Shown here piece after piece: positions 1 to 13,578 of a stretch of 64,000 bases of DNA. The notes beneath the pieces are model-generated. The model was given only the letters and a program-made list of their open reading frames with translations. It was not told the DNA's origin and ran no database searches. The stretch's first letter is position 1; every line of letters begins with the position of its first letter. This DNA is from Selaginella moellendorffii. Its lineage: Eukaryota; Plantae; Lycopodiophyta. The DNA lies in assembly GCF_000143415.4 (NCBI RefSeq), contig NW_003314289.1:846035-910034 (forward strand), given 5' to 3'. The position numbers and the translations under genes are program-made.

Positions 1-777
1 GTCCGAGACCGAGTCCGAGTACTAATACAGGGGGTGAAAGCCCAAAGTGTGTGTCGCCCAGAGGAGGGGGGCTGTAGGGGGTTCCAAAAGTATAATATGG
101 ATAGTGAGGTCCAGGAACCAGTTTTGAAGGAACTCTCTAGTGGTGCTTGTAAATTGACTTGAGGTTGAGACTGGGACCGAGGGGCCTTGGGTGAGAGTGA
201 GCATGGACTCGAGTGGTGCTGGAAGGGCCACCCAAGAAGGTGCAGCTCCCACTCCCGAAAGGGAAACCAACTACGGTGCTCCTGGCTCATATGGAGTGGT
301 GCCCCACTTGAGTACCTTGTGGCTCATTGGTTCTCACCCTTCTTAAGGGCTTGGGCCTTCCTTTCATGATGGAAATGGGTGGTACAGGTACCCATATCGG
401 GCCGTTAGGCCACAGTGTTTTGCCTCGGTGTCCCAAAGCAAGTGTTGTACGGTCCTATTATCAAGTCTTGTTGTACCAAGGGATGTTAAGAACTTAGAGG
501 CTTGGTGTGCTTGGCTACTTGTGCCTACAGGGAATGTAACTGAACCTTAAGTCCAGTCTAACTTGGGGAGAAGGATTGGAAGAGTTTTGGGAATCCGTGG
601 ATAGATGGCTAACGCTCCGTTGCTCGTGCAGTAAGTAGTTGAAACCAAGTAAGACCAAGTAGGAGCTGGTACAATAAGCAGGAACCTTAGCAAGAGAATT
701 TAACAAAAGCCAAAGCAATGTTGGTCGGACAGACAAGGTAAGTTGGCAAATTGGAAAGGAAAAATTTGTGGCTTACA
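1..777 (-). mobile_element. Diverged LTR-like repeat, inverted copy of the family at 2966-4301 and 51180-52480 (cut by window start)
   Basis: Positions 1-100 are the reverse complement of about 52110-52210 (CTATACTTTTGGAACCCC, GGGCTTTCACCC, GACTCG hexamers). The end at 777 (...GCTTACA) is the reverse complement of the TGTAAG terminus shared by the other copies. Confidence 0.7.
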
Positions 778-1805
778 ATTAATAGCTTAACATGAGTATG
801 GTATAAAGCTTGGGTTTAAACTCAAGCCAAACACAAAACAAGGATAAGCATATAAGTAAGGAGTTAAACTAGGCCTCAAGTTGGTTAACCACCCCTATAA
901 CCCTCTATATGGAGAAATACGTGCTTTGGGCTTTACCCTAGTCTTAGGTTTGTCTTTGGCACAATTACAAAAACTTACTAAATATAGAATGATGCTAGAT
1001 TGTGAATTTTAATGTGGAAATAACACCATCATGTTCAAAACAGTCTCCACATTTCATAGATATGCATAATTAACATATCTAAACACTTTTAATAGTCATT
1101 AGGATTAAATGGGACTAACATATGAAGAATGATAGCAAAAATGTCTTGGCAAGCATGGTAAGTTATCATATAATGAATATTAAAGGACTAAGCTTAATAT
1201 TGCAAGAATTCCCAACATTAGCAAGTGCAAGCCACTGACATAAATTTTTCATCACTATATTATATATGCTTGACTTAATGACAACTTAAGATTTCCTTCT
1301 TTAGTGCCCTTCTAGTTTAAGTGCACATGTGATGACTAGTTTCTCAGCTAACTTGGGTAGAGATTAATAAAGGGTCTAATGATATCAACTTTTTGCTCTC
1401 ATGGTAAAATATCTAAAAAGACTCACTGATAAATAACTTTCAATACCCACAATCATATTTGTGATATTCGGTGGCAGAGATAAATGTTTTACTAACCAAG
1501 AGTGGCTATGTGCTTATATCTAGGATATCCCTACAGAGGTGAGAGCTTACTTTGAGGCTATGGTGATAACAATGATAACCCTAGAGTTGCCCATGCTCTA
1601 TTGCTTTGCAACAAGACAAAATTCTTTGGTGTTGGGTAGCAAGTTACTATTCCAATCTTTCATCATAAGTATGGCTAAACATCACAAACAATAAATGTAG
1701 AGCCACACCTTCCTAAAGGCAGCAACTTACTCCTTGAGTTTAGAAGTTGAGGAAAACTAATATGACACAAAGTAGTTTGCGCACAAGCTGAGGCATGCAA
1801 TAGAG

Positions 1806-2395
1806 TGTAAGCTCATGAATTTGGACTTCCCGAGAGGTCACCTAGCCCAGTATTATTTAAACCCAAGAACACTAACCTCAAGTATTCCAAAAACTTTAAC
1901 TAATTGGAAAAGGGGGTGCATTCTTATTCATGGGCCCTTTCCTTTTATATTTGAACCCCATGGACTATGTCTCGAGTCGTTCTCTTTAGTTGTTGACAAT
2001 CCACCATGCTTTCTTGCAAGTTCACGCCCTCGTGAATGGAAGTTGAGAGCCACAGCTTTCTCGAGAGCTCCACTCTCTTGACACCCTATCTCTTAGGTTA
2101 AGCCTAGCTAGAGCAAATTAGACTTGCGGATGTCAATTAACATGTGGTGCGATTCCTCTAGCCAACTAACAGAGTCAAACCTGAGACCTCTTTGATATTA
2201 AATATAAACTTCTGAATTTAAACTTCCTAGGAAGCCACCCAGCCCAGTACTATTCAAACCCAAGGATGTTAACCTTAAGTATCCCAAGACCTTTAACCGA
2301 TTAGAAGAAGGGTTGCATTCTTATTCATAGACCCTTTTCCTTTATATTTAAACTCCATAGACCATTTTTCGAGTCGTTTTCTTTGGTTGCTTACA
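1806..2395 (-). mobile_element. Complete Cassandra-like TRIM (non-autonomous LTR retrotransposon with 5S rRNA-derived LTRs)
   Basis: Two ~193-bp LTRs (1806-1998, 2203-2395) with TG..CA-type ends. 5-bp TSD TAGAG/TGGAG. Minus-strand PBS TAATATCAAAG equals TGGTATCAGAG with G>A changes. A GGTGGAT PPT-like end precedes the 3' LTR. The LTR core GAGGTTAGTGTTCTTGGGTTTAAATAATACTGGGCTAGGTGACCTCTCGGGAAGTCC aligns to the plant 5S rRNA box A-IE-box C region. The ~204-bp interior is non-coding. Confidence 0.88.
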
Positions 2396-2965
2396 TGGAG
2401 TAGTCACTTCTCTTTGGTGAGCATTGAGTTTTACACAGCAAGTATTGGAGTAATTTAGGCATAATATAACAGAGTCTAGATGAGAACAGTTTTGCTAGTG
2501 GTTTCTAGGAAAACACTTTATAAGTTGTGAACTTTATGTGATAACAATTTTGATAAACATGATGATAAATTAATAATATATTTAGGATATAATATATCAT
2601 GGCCTATCTAAGGCCTCAAGTAACATTTGACATACCTCTCTTTGTTGCACAAGCAATCTTAGGAATATAATGGTAAGTTTTAAATACACATATGTAGGAA
2701 GGGTGCTATGGGATATGTGTCTAACCTCTAACATGAGTGCAAGGTGCATGACCTTCTAGTCAAACTCAATGTCTTCTATATTGTTTTCATATGTGCAATT
2801 ATGGATGCATACTAGCTCTAAAAAAAGAAAACCTCCTATTGTATTGACAATAGAAAAACTTTGCATATATACCTCATAAAGAAGGACTAAAGTTGAGTTT
2901 TGGTACACTTTGTTAATATTTAGTGCAACAATATCTTTTGACTAAATAAGGAGGCAAGATCCCTT

Positions 2966-4301
2966 TGTAAGTGACTAAATTTTCTATTTTACTTTAGTCA
3001 CTTAACCACATCTTTAACCATTTGGAAGAGTCTTACTCACAACCTCCATAAGTTCTATTCTTGACTTAGGAATATACTATCCTCGTGAATGGCATCTATG
3101 CCATTCAACCATTACACTTGGTCCAAGTGCTCTATATGTTCAATCCCATAACAAACACCCATAAGGTACTATTGACATATTAATCTGTTACGCTAAGATT
3201 ATGTTTATCCGCCTTTAACTCATTTGTAGTCTAAAACCACCCATACCATAGTCTTATCTCTCAAAGACTGGGCCATCTGTCCATGAATGGTCATTCTATG
3301 ACCACATCTTACATTTTAAGGATACCCAGAAACATAAAAAACACCCTTCCCCAATATCCTTTCTTTGGTCCCCACTAAGTCCCACTCTATTCACAGCAAT
3401 GCTTGCCAACACCGCCATTGAGTCAAGGCTCAAAAGCCTGACCACTAAGTCCCACTAATCTTTAAAACTTCCTTACCATGTGACTATGCTTTTGATTGTT
3501 ACACAAGAGGACTGATTATCTTCCTTTCCATAATCCAAGACTTTGGGATAACATTTTGAAACATAATAATGTAAATAATTAAAGAGAACGATTTAAGAGA
3601 CAATCCATAAGGTTTAAATATAGAGGGAAAAGGCCCATGAATAAAAGTGCACCCCCTTTTCCAATCAATTAAGGGTATTGGGATACTTAAGGTTAAACAT
3701 TATTGGGTTTGAATAATATTGGGTTATGTGACATCTCGAGAAGTTTAAATTCAGAAGTTTACATATAGCCATATGTGAGTCTTGTAGGTACTTTCCCTAG
3801 CTTCTGCCCTTGGCTGCTTTAGCCATATAGCTAGAGCGAGGTTTCAATGAGCCAAAAGGTATCCAAATAGACAGTGCCACCCACACTTGGATTGGGAGCA
3901 TTGACTATTCGATCTCCTGAGGGAATTAAAGCCAACTCTTAAACACTTCACCAAACTACTTTATTTATTGTTCATATTCACTTTAGCTTTAAATTCATCT
4001 ATGGTTATATTATCACCCACCATGAATATAACCTTTCTGGATCACACTAGCATTTCTTAGCCAAATTATTTTCATTAGAGTCCAACCCCCACACTCTCCC
4101 TACTATACTTTTGGAACCCCGGACAATCTCTTTGGGCTTTCACTTCTAAACTTGTATAAATATTCAGACTTGGTCTCAGTCTTGTTCTCGTTCCCAATGT
4201 TGGGCTCATTCTCGATCTCAACCTTGGTCTTAGCCTCGGTCTCGAACTTAGTCATGGACTCAGTCTCAAACTCCTTCTCAGACTCAGACTCAATTATAAC
4301 A
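2966..4301 (+). mobile_element. Degenerate LTR-like repeat (same family as 51180-52480), interrupted by a Cassandra solo LTR
   Basis: Collinear with 51180-52300 from TGTAAG(T/C)GA through TTTAGTCACTTAACCACA and CTGTTACGCTAAG to CTATACTTTTGGAACCCC and degraded GACTC hexamers. Many C>T and G>A differences. Right end approximate. Confidence 0.75.
3570..3763 (+). mobile_element. Solo LTR of the Cassandra-like TRIM
   Basis: 194 bp, TGTAA...TTACA, reverse complement of the LTRs at 1806-2395, including the 5S-like core. Flanks AATAA/TATAG are degraded copies of the CATGG seen at the empty site near 51778. Confidence 0.85.
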
Positions 4302-5381
4302 TTTCCATGTGTCATAACATTTGCTATATGTTAATCTTTCTTGTGTCCCTTTCTAAAGACTTATTTATCAATCACTTTGTACTCATTCCTCAAGTGCTTC
4401 TTTTAGAATTTCACGTTTACTCTCAATTTTTCAAGTCGAAGCTTTTAGTCTAAATGTGTTGAACTCATTAGACTTCCACTTCAACCATTGCCATGTGGCA
4501 CACTTTCGGCTTCACTTTAGGGCTTAAAGATTTGTGTCTTACACCTTCATTCTGTAACTTTCCCTCAATTTAACACTCATCTATGCAGAAATTTCTTTAT
4601 TCATTGTAAAACCAGTCACTTGCAAAGTATTTTTCATTACTCTTACCAAGGGGAGTGCCTTAAATATGTAGTGATAACCCTATGGCATTGAAAAGGCACT
4701 AAAAATCTAACTCACATACTAAAAATTGTAAACCTTGCTATTGACATGTTAAAAAAATCTAACTATGGGGATATAGTGCAAAAAAGCATACACATGGCAC
4801 TAATTTGGAATTTACCATACATATGTGGTAAGCACCAATACATGCCATGCATAAAAAAAGAAATGCTCAAAATATTATTTTGTAAGTCACACATGTATGT
4901 TATACACATATGCTTTTTTAATATATGTTTTGAAAGCGTGCTAAATTTTTGTCTAGGCCACAGTATGCCTAGGCATACCTCCCAAATGGCAAATGGCAAG
5001 CAGTTTATGATTGCAATGGGAGGGAAAAATAATAGTGTGAGGGTATGTTTTAGGGTATTATTAAACTACTTAGTTTGATTTATACTTGGCAGTCATAAGT
5101 CATCTATTATTTTATTCTTTACATTAAAAATATATTAAATACTTAGTAATAGTAGGTTTCTGTTGCTAAGAAATAAAAAAACAGTATTTATATAAATTAT
5201 TATATATTTTATTTTATATAAATATATATAGAACAGAGATAGGAAGTTACCAAGCACAAATATAATATAGTATTGTTTATATATTATATTTTGTACAAGG
5301 TGGTGTTGGAACTTCCTATGGTACTTTGAAATAAGCTCAATTCACATATAAATTTTGATTATATAGATTTTCTAAAAATCT

Positions 5382-6000
5382 ATGGCTTTGGTTGTGCAAA
5401 TCAATTTTACAGTGCAACTGATGCTCTTGCTAATCACATGTACTTATACATATGGGTTGGAAAATGCAAAATCTAATAATAACACCCTTAATAATGCTAT
5501 AAATCCTTTTGTGAGCACGAATAAGACCATATTATGGATGAATGTAAGTGACATTTCTAAAAGCATAGATGAAATACCAGATGTAAGTCATGTTTTACTT
5601 CTATTACTTTCATTTATAAAACTTTTGTGACATTTTCCAGTTTATATGTGGGAGATTTCAAGCAACTTGTACTAATATCCGTTTATATATTTATAAAGCT
5701 TTAAAAATTGTGATGGTTGGAGCAAAATGTGATTCTGGGGATGGTGGATATGGGAATGTAATGGTGGATACTAATAATGGTATAAGTAACGAATTTGGAA
5801 GGCTAAATAGAGGAAGTGATTACACTGACTCTTGCGATATAGATTCTATTGAGCTACATGGTTCAATCCTTGCAGCAAGTTGTAAGAATAAAGATGGTTA
5901 TTTACATACTTCTTTTCTGCAGTTAAACTACCTTTTGAGGAATGTATTTGGCTCCTTGTTCTTTTGCCCTCTACCATCTCTTAGAACTGAACTGATTTAA
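5382..6000 (+). CDS. Secreted cyanovirin-N homologue (CVNH lectin), 2 exons (5382-5582, 5641-6000)
   Basis: Signal-peptide-like N-terminus, then a phase-0 GT..AG intron (5583-5640). Exon 2 encodes FQATCTNIRL..AKCDSGDGGY..VDTNNGISNEFGRL..DYTDSC..IELHGSILAASCKNKDG..LQLNYLLRNVFGSL, the two-repeat CVNH pattern. Confidence 0.8.
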
Positions 6001-6305
6001 AAAATAATATATTAAAAAATTAAGGTAAAATTATTGTTGGTTTGCACTTTGTAATGATTCTATTATTATTAAGTTTTAATATTAATGAAGGCTGTTATAA
6101 AGAAAAAAGATTTCGGTGTTACCTGAATTCGATTGCTGGAACAAAAAAATTAAATTTTAACTATCTTTTTCTTTTTCATTGGCAGATAAAATTGTATGGG
6201 ATATACTAAGAATATGTATTGAAAAATACACGTGGCAACGACTCTGGGAAAACCTCTTGGCTCAAATTTTTTTAGGGTTCTCTCTCCTTTTCCGGTTGTA
6301 ATGCC

Positions 6306-7933
6306 ATGACGGAGAAGAAAGGTGATGGCGATGCCACCGCCAAGAACAACAGCAGCAACAAGGTATGGAAGCGTCCAGTCAAGAGATCGTTCACAGGCGC
6401 TGCCGCCGCCAATGCCGCCGCCGCTGCGGTGCGCTCCAGATCCTCGCAGAAATCCTCCAGATCCAGCCTCACTCTCGCTCCCAAGGCCAGCAACGCGATC
6501 AATTCCCAGAATCCCACGCCAGCGTCCCTGGAGATCGTCCCCGACGAGGCGCTGGGCAATATTTTGGGGCGGATCTCCGACGGGAGAATGCTGGCCCGGT
6601 GCGCGGGCGTGTGCCGGCGGTGGCGTCGCGTCTGTCGCCAAGTCCCGGTTCTGAAGCTCGTGCTAAGGAAGATGCAAGCTTGGCAGGCGGAGGGCGTCAT
6701 CTCGGCGGCGCTGCTCGAGAGGAAAGGCCTGCGGGACTTTGAAGTGAGATTTGTGTGCCCGAGAAAGTATGCCTCGGAGGGAGTCCGCGAGAGCCGCGTC
6801 TTTGGCTGCCTGTGGAGGCTCAGCTCCAGCATCGAGACGCTGGCTTTGATCTGCCCAAACACCGTCTACTTCAAGCTCTGGACTTGGCTCGCAAAGTTCC
6901 CACGCCTGCTCAGCTTGAAGATCCACTGCGGGAGGATCGAAGAGAACCCGTTGAACAACTGCCTGAATCAGCTCCGGCGCTGCGAGTTCTCCCGGACGAT
7001 CATCGCGGAGCCGATGCTCGAGGACCTCGTCAAGTTCTCTCCAGTTCTCGAGGAGCTCGTGGTCGTGGGCTGCGACCCGATCGAGTCCCTGGCGCTGGAG
7101 AGCTCGAGCCTCCGGTATCTCAACTTGGTGGCCACCGCGGAGTATCCAATGAAGAGCTTGGAGCTCCTCACCCCGGGGCTCAAGGATCTCTACATTTGTC
7201 ACGTCGAGGAGCTCCAAGTGAATGGCTACGAGCTCGTCCATCTCGGGATCTACTCGGCGTGCCAGCCTCGCATCTCGAGCTTGCATCATCTGCTCAGCTT
7301 GGAGACGGATGGCAAAGGCTGGGCTCTGGAATCTATAGAACACATCGTCTGTGCTGCTCAAGTCGTCCGCCACCTTGTGATCAAGGCTTCCATCTCCGAG
7401 ACGAGGCCTCTCCGGATCGAGCACTACTTGTCGCCGATGTTTTGCTTGCAAGCCGTGATCCTCGAGTCCAATCTTCTCGAGGTATGTGCTTTCTTAACTT
7501 TCTTCTCGTCTTTCAGGGGACTGATTCGAGGTTTTCTAGCTTCTGTCCGCCAGTGCTTTTGCCGTGGCTTTGCGGAGATACCATTCGATGGAGACGAGCC
7601 AGTGTTTGCTCTCAAGAAGGTTGCAGTGAAGCTCTCGGAGGAGACACGGGACTGCACGGGGCTGCTCAAGGCTCTGGTGAGCTACTGCCCGGATTTACAG
7701 ATCTTGGTGGTGGATACGACGGAGCTCGAGCTTGGAAATCTCAGCGAGCTCCAGCAGCTCAAAGATCAGGAGCAGTCTCCCCAGCGGCGAGTTCTACTCT
7801 ATAGTGATCCCAAAGACCAGCGGTTAGTGAAAGAAATCGCCGAGATCCTTGCAGCGGACTCCAAAAAGGTAGAATTTTTTTTTTTTCTTCTCTTGGTTAG
7901 AAACTAAACTTCTCTTTGTTTTCTCAGGTTTGA
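6306..7933 (+). CDS. F-box/LRR (FBD-like) protein
   Basis: F-box SLEIVPDEALGNILGRI..CAGVCRRWRRV, LxxLxL repeats and a C-terminal LKKVAV..CPDLQIL. Probable in-frame intron 7482-7553 and last intron about 7869-7927. Confidence 0.85.
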
Positions 7934-8051
7934 ATTTAGAAGCCGCAAATGCACACCACAGATACGGTGAATTTTCGTTCTAGAGTATGATCTCTAATGA
8001 GAGTCGTTCCTTTTTCCATGCTTTCTTGATCAAATTTTGCAATGGATCTAG

Positions 8052-9353
8052 CTAGTACACTGGAACCTTGTCATCTACTCTGGTGGAATACGCATGAATC
8101 CCTCCAGACACATTGTGGAGGCGAGAGAATCCCTGTTTCACGCTTGTAAGGATCATTTCAGCAATAAAAAGAAAACCAGTGAAATGTTAGACCTGGGATT
8201 TCAACCATTGAGCTGCTTGTAGCGATCTTACTCCATGGTGGCACTGCTCCAAAACGGTCAAGCGAAGAACTTAAAAAGCCAAAAACAAAGACTATACCAT
8301 GACGAACGTGTCTTTGTCCGGATCAAGCGTGTCGCCGATTGTTGGTCCCCATTCTCCAAATTGGCTCAAAGGAAATGGCTTGAAGCCATCCAAGCTAGCT
8401 ATTTTTCTGCGAGAAAAATAAGTTTATAGAGCTTTACACAGAAGGATTGGGAGTAGAAATCCAAGCACTTACATCTCTTTGAGCTCTCTCACGTCAAGAA
8501 GTTGTGCGTTCTCCCTGAATTCGGGGTCTTTCATTCGCTTGGCGAGCTCTTCCGGTTGGATTTCCACCAAAAAGCCAGCTTGCCTGTGCACACAAGAGAC
8601 TGTAAGTTATAACAGTGTGATACGATTGACAAAACCTTTCTGATAAAACTTGAAGTAGATGCCAGCCAAACTTCGTCTTTGCACGCACGATTTTGTTCAG
8701 CGGTGCGCTAAATGCTGCTTCTTCAAACTCGGGCACCTGATAGCAAGAACAAAAGGAAAACAAATGAGAAAACTCGCCAGGCCAATGTTTGTTTACCATG
8801 CGTCCTTTGCTGACCCATCCCAGCATCCCACCATTTTTCTTCGAGGGGCAAATCGAGTGCTCCGTGGCTAAGTCGCTCAAATCGATATCCTCTATAGAGA
8901 GAAGGAAAAAAATCACAGAGTCGAGAGAAAAGAAACGATTTGGAGACAATGAAAAGGTAGCTCATACCTTGAACGAGTCGTTTCTGGAGCTCAGTGAGCA
9001 ATTGAAGCTGGTCCTCCTTGACGAGCAAGTGCTGGACTAAAATCTCCCGATCTTGATTCCCCGAAGTGCCTGGAGAAGGAAACAAGCTTGAATCCCGTGG
9101 AATGAAGATGAAGGTCGCGGAATTTTCACGAAATCTTACCTGCGCTGCAATACATTCTATGCGCTGCTGCCGTGGCCACATCCTTCCAGCTCCTGGATTC
9201 GAGAAACCTGAATGCCGGATGGATTTTCTTCGCGGCCAGCCTCAGCGCAGGCACCAAAGGCAGCGGCAATGCAGGGGCGGCGAGCGGCGCCATCGCTGCG
9301 CGGCGACGCCATTGGCAATGGAGCAACGCAATGGAGCCCTCGTAGCGAAGCAT
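8052..9353 (-). CDS. STR12: Rhodanese/PpiC (parvulin) domain protein, STR12-like
   Basis: Exons encode EILVQHLLVKEDQ, LSDLATEHSICPSKKNGGMLGWV, VPEFEEAAFSAPLNK..TKFGWHLLQV and the C-terminus GGIHAYSTRVDDKVPVY*. Confidence 0.88.
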
Positions 9354-9452
9354 ATTCTCCACACAAGAAAGAAAAATGGACACAGTAACAAGATTCCAGA
9401 ATAATTGATTGACTGTTTGACCCACTTGACCGTTGTTAGGTCTTTGACCAGA

Positions 9453-9533
9453 TGCCACGTGTATTTTGCCACAACTTTTTACTGAGACAAACAAAATGGA
9501 TAATCGAATATGCCTTGGCGCCATAGATTTGAA
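9453..9533. promoter_or_regulatory. Bidirectional STR12/RNR2 promoter with G-box (GCCACGTGT) and E2F-like TTGGCGCC
   Basis: The ~250-bp head-to-head intergenic region has CACGTG at 9456-9461, TTGGCGCC at 9515-9522 and a telo-box-like TTAGGGTT near 9582. Confidence 0.45.
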
Positions 9534-9602
9534 AGCCCCGCCCATACTCTCTATTCTCTCTTTACTTTCTTTCTTTTTCTATTAGGGTTCTAGGCCGGGG
9601 CG

Positions 9603-11190
<1,588 letters not shown>

Positions 11191-11612
11191 GTATATTCAC
11201 TCTGCCGCTTTCTACACGGCATTCCAGGACTAACATTTTCTTTTCTTCTTCCCAGCAGGATGACAAAGTCCGCGAAACAGCTACAGCTCCTAAAGTAATT
11301 TCGCTACGTAAGTGTGGAAAACAAGTTTATAAACGAAATCAAACGAGTGAGATTCGAGGCAATTCTGACTGAAGAGAAAAATCAACTGAAATGGAAGCAA
11401 GGTGGAAGCTTTGGTAAAGAAAAAAAAAAAATCAACCTTTGAAAACGTCTTTCGTTAGTCGTATTTACACGCAAAAGAGATTTTTAGTAGACAAAACAAG
11501 TCTCGGGTAGAATGGACGAAGCAAGAGTCCAAGAAAGAAAAATGAGAGAAGCTCTTCATCCATAAATTGTGGAACTCAAGAATCTCCATTGCCGTGGCTT
11601 CGCAAACTTCAT

Positions 11613-13400
11613 ATGGCTGGGGGACTTGCAGTTAGAAAAAATTTCTTATTCATTACGTTCTTTGAGATTCGTATTTTTTCGATCCAGGGATTCCTCCTCA
11701 CGAAATGGCGCTCCTGGATCTTGCTCAACGATTCCTGGTCGAGCAAATGGTGGTACTCGACCGTGCACATTGTCACCGTGACGGTGGGAGCCGGGGTCTT
11801 GAGCTTGCCGACGGTCATGGCCTACTTTGGATGGTAAGATCTTTGATCGCTCACAAGAAGTTCCATCGATGACGAAGAAACCAATCTTACTCCAGGGCGC
11901 TCGGAACTATGCTGCTGGTTGGATTCCTGATCCTGAGCCTGATGTGCTACTGGCAGCTGATTCAAATGCACGAGACTGAACATGGCCACCGGTTCGATCG
12001 ATACCACGAGCTGGGACAGCACATCCTGGGACGTCATCTCGGATTCTGGCTCATCGCTCCGCTCCAGGCCATCGCCCAAGTGGGAATTGACACGGTTTAC
12101 ATCATCGCCGGGGCGAATTCCCTCGAGCACGTCTACTCACTCTTTGACAAATGCAAAGAGCTGGACGTCCATAAATGCAAGGGCATCAACCTGACTTACT
12201 GGATGATATTGTTCATGGGGGTGCAGCTCTTGCTCTCGCAGCTCCCGCACTTTCAGTCCATCACCTGGGTGTCATTCATCGCTGCTGTTACAGCCATTGG
12301 GTAAAAAGCTGCTCTTTTTTCGCTTCGGTAAAATTGTTTACAGCTGTTTTACTACTTTGACAGGTATTGCACACTTGCCTGGGTTGGAATTCTGATTAAG
12401 CAACCTACAAGTTCAGCTTTAAGTTCAGGTTCGGCTGCATCTGCACCTACACAATGTTTTCAGAATGTTGGGCATGGCTATCCACAAGGTTCCGAAGCTC
12501 ACTTAGCTTTCGGGATCTTCACCTCTCTCGGGAAGCTGGCATTTGCAGCAGCAGCCGGGCACAACATTGCTCTCGAGATCCAGGCCACTATCCCGAGCAC
12601 TACTCGGCACCCTTCGAAAAGAGCGATGTGGAGAGGGATTCTGGTGGCCTATCTGGTGGTTGCGTTTTGCTACTTGCCTGTGGCGCTTGTGGGATACAAG
12701 GTTTACGGGGATGAAACACGCGACTTGTGCTCGGGCTTGGACAATGTCCTGCTCAGGCTCAGGAATCCCAAACCGATGATTGTTCTCGCGGATTTGATGG
12801 TTTTCATACATCTGTGTGGCAGCTACCAAGTACGTCGCTTGTTTTTTCCTCTGTTCTTGACAAGTGCAATTGTGCAGGTGCTTGCAATGCCACTTTTTAG
12901 CAATTTTGAGACGCTCGTGGAGAGGATGTTCAAATTTGAGGCGAACCTCAAGCATAGAATGATCATGAGATCGATTTATGTTGGTAATTCTAAAACCTTT
13001 TCATGTTCAGGTCTTTTGTTTATGTTTTTCTTTTCTTCTTCTTTCAGTCTTCACGTTTTTGCTGGCCGCATCACTTCCATTTTTTAGTGACCTTCAGGCC
13101 TTTTTTGGAGGTTTTGCAATAGTTCCTACAACTTATGTGGTAATCATCCCATGATATTGCTAGATTTATTTCTTCTTTTCCAGATACCTTCCGTTCTTTG
13201 GCATTTGGAAAGAAAACCAGAAAGATATAGTCCCCAATGGATAGCAAACTTGGTAAGTGGAAATTCTCTGAAGTCCTTATTGCTCATACATTGATTTTAA
13301 GATCTGCATATCCTTTGGAACCGTGGTGATGTTTACATCGACCACAGGTGGGCTTCGGAGTTTGATATTAAAAAGAGAAAAATCAAAGCCTTTTTCTTGA
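11613..13400 (+). CDS. Lysine/histidine transporter-like amino acid permease (AAAP family), copy 1
   Basis: KWWYSTVHIVTVTVGAGVLSLP, HRFDRYHELGQH, AGHNIALEIQATIPST, MWRGILVAYLVVAFCYLPVALVGY, HLCGSYQV. Exon structure parallels copy 2. Confidence 0.88.
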
Positions 13401-13578
13401 GCAATATATCGGTACAATTTGTTTTTCTTTTTTTTTCTCTCTCTCGAAGTCAGCTGTGTTTATAATGAAAAACTCAATTTACACCTGCAGCATGATTTGA
13501 AACTTTCATAGCTCACCAGAGTGGACACGCTGGTAAAAAAGTGAGCTATGAGTGAGAATGCTTAAGAATGAATTAGTG

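Noticed and set aside
1823-1880. 5S-like sequence as a real 5S rRNA gene
   Set aside because: Only the internal ~58 nt match, embedded in LTRs. The 5' half and terminator are absent.
4660-5070. Possible MITE with degenerate terminal inverted repeats
   Set aside because: Complementarity is too weak to call by eye and no TSD was found.
6150-7804. Long overlapping antisense/alternate-frame ORFs (262 aa, 349 aa) over the F-box/LRR gene
   Set aside because: Expected shadows of GC3-rich coding sequence, with no recognisable motifs.
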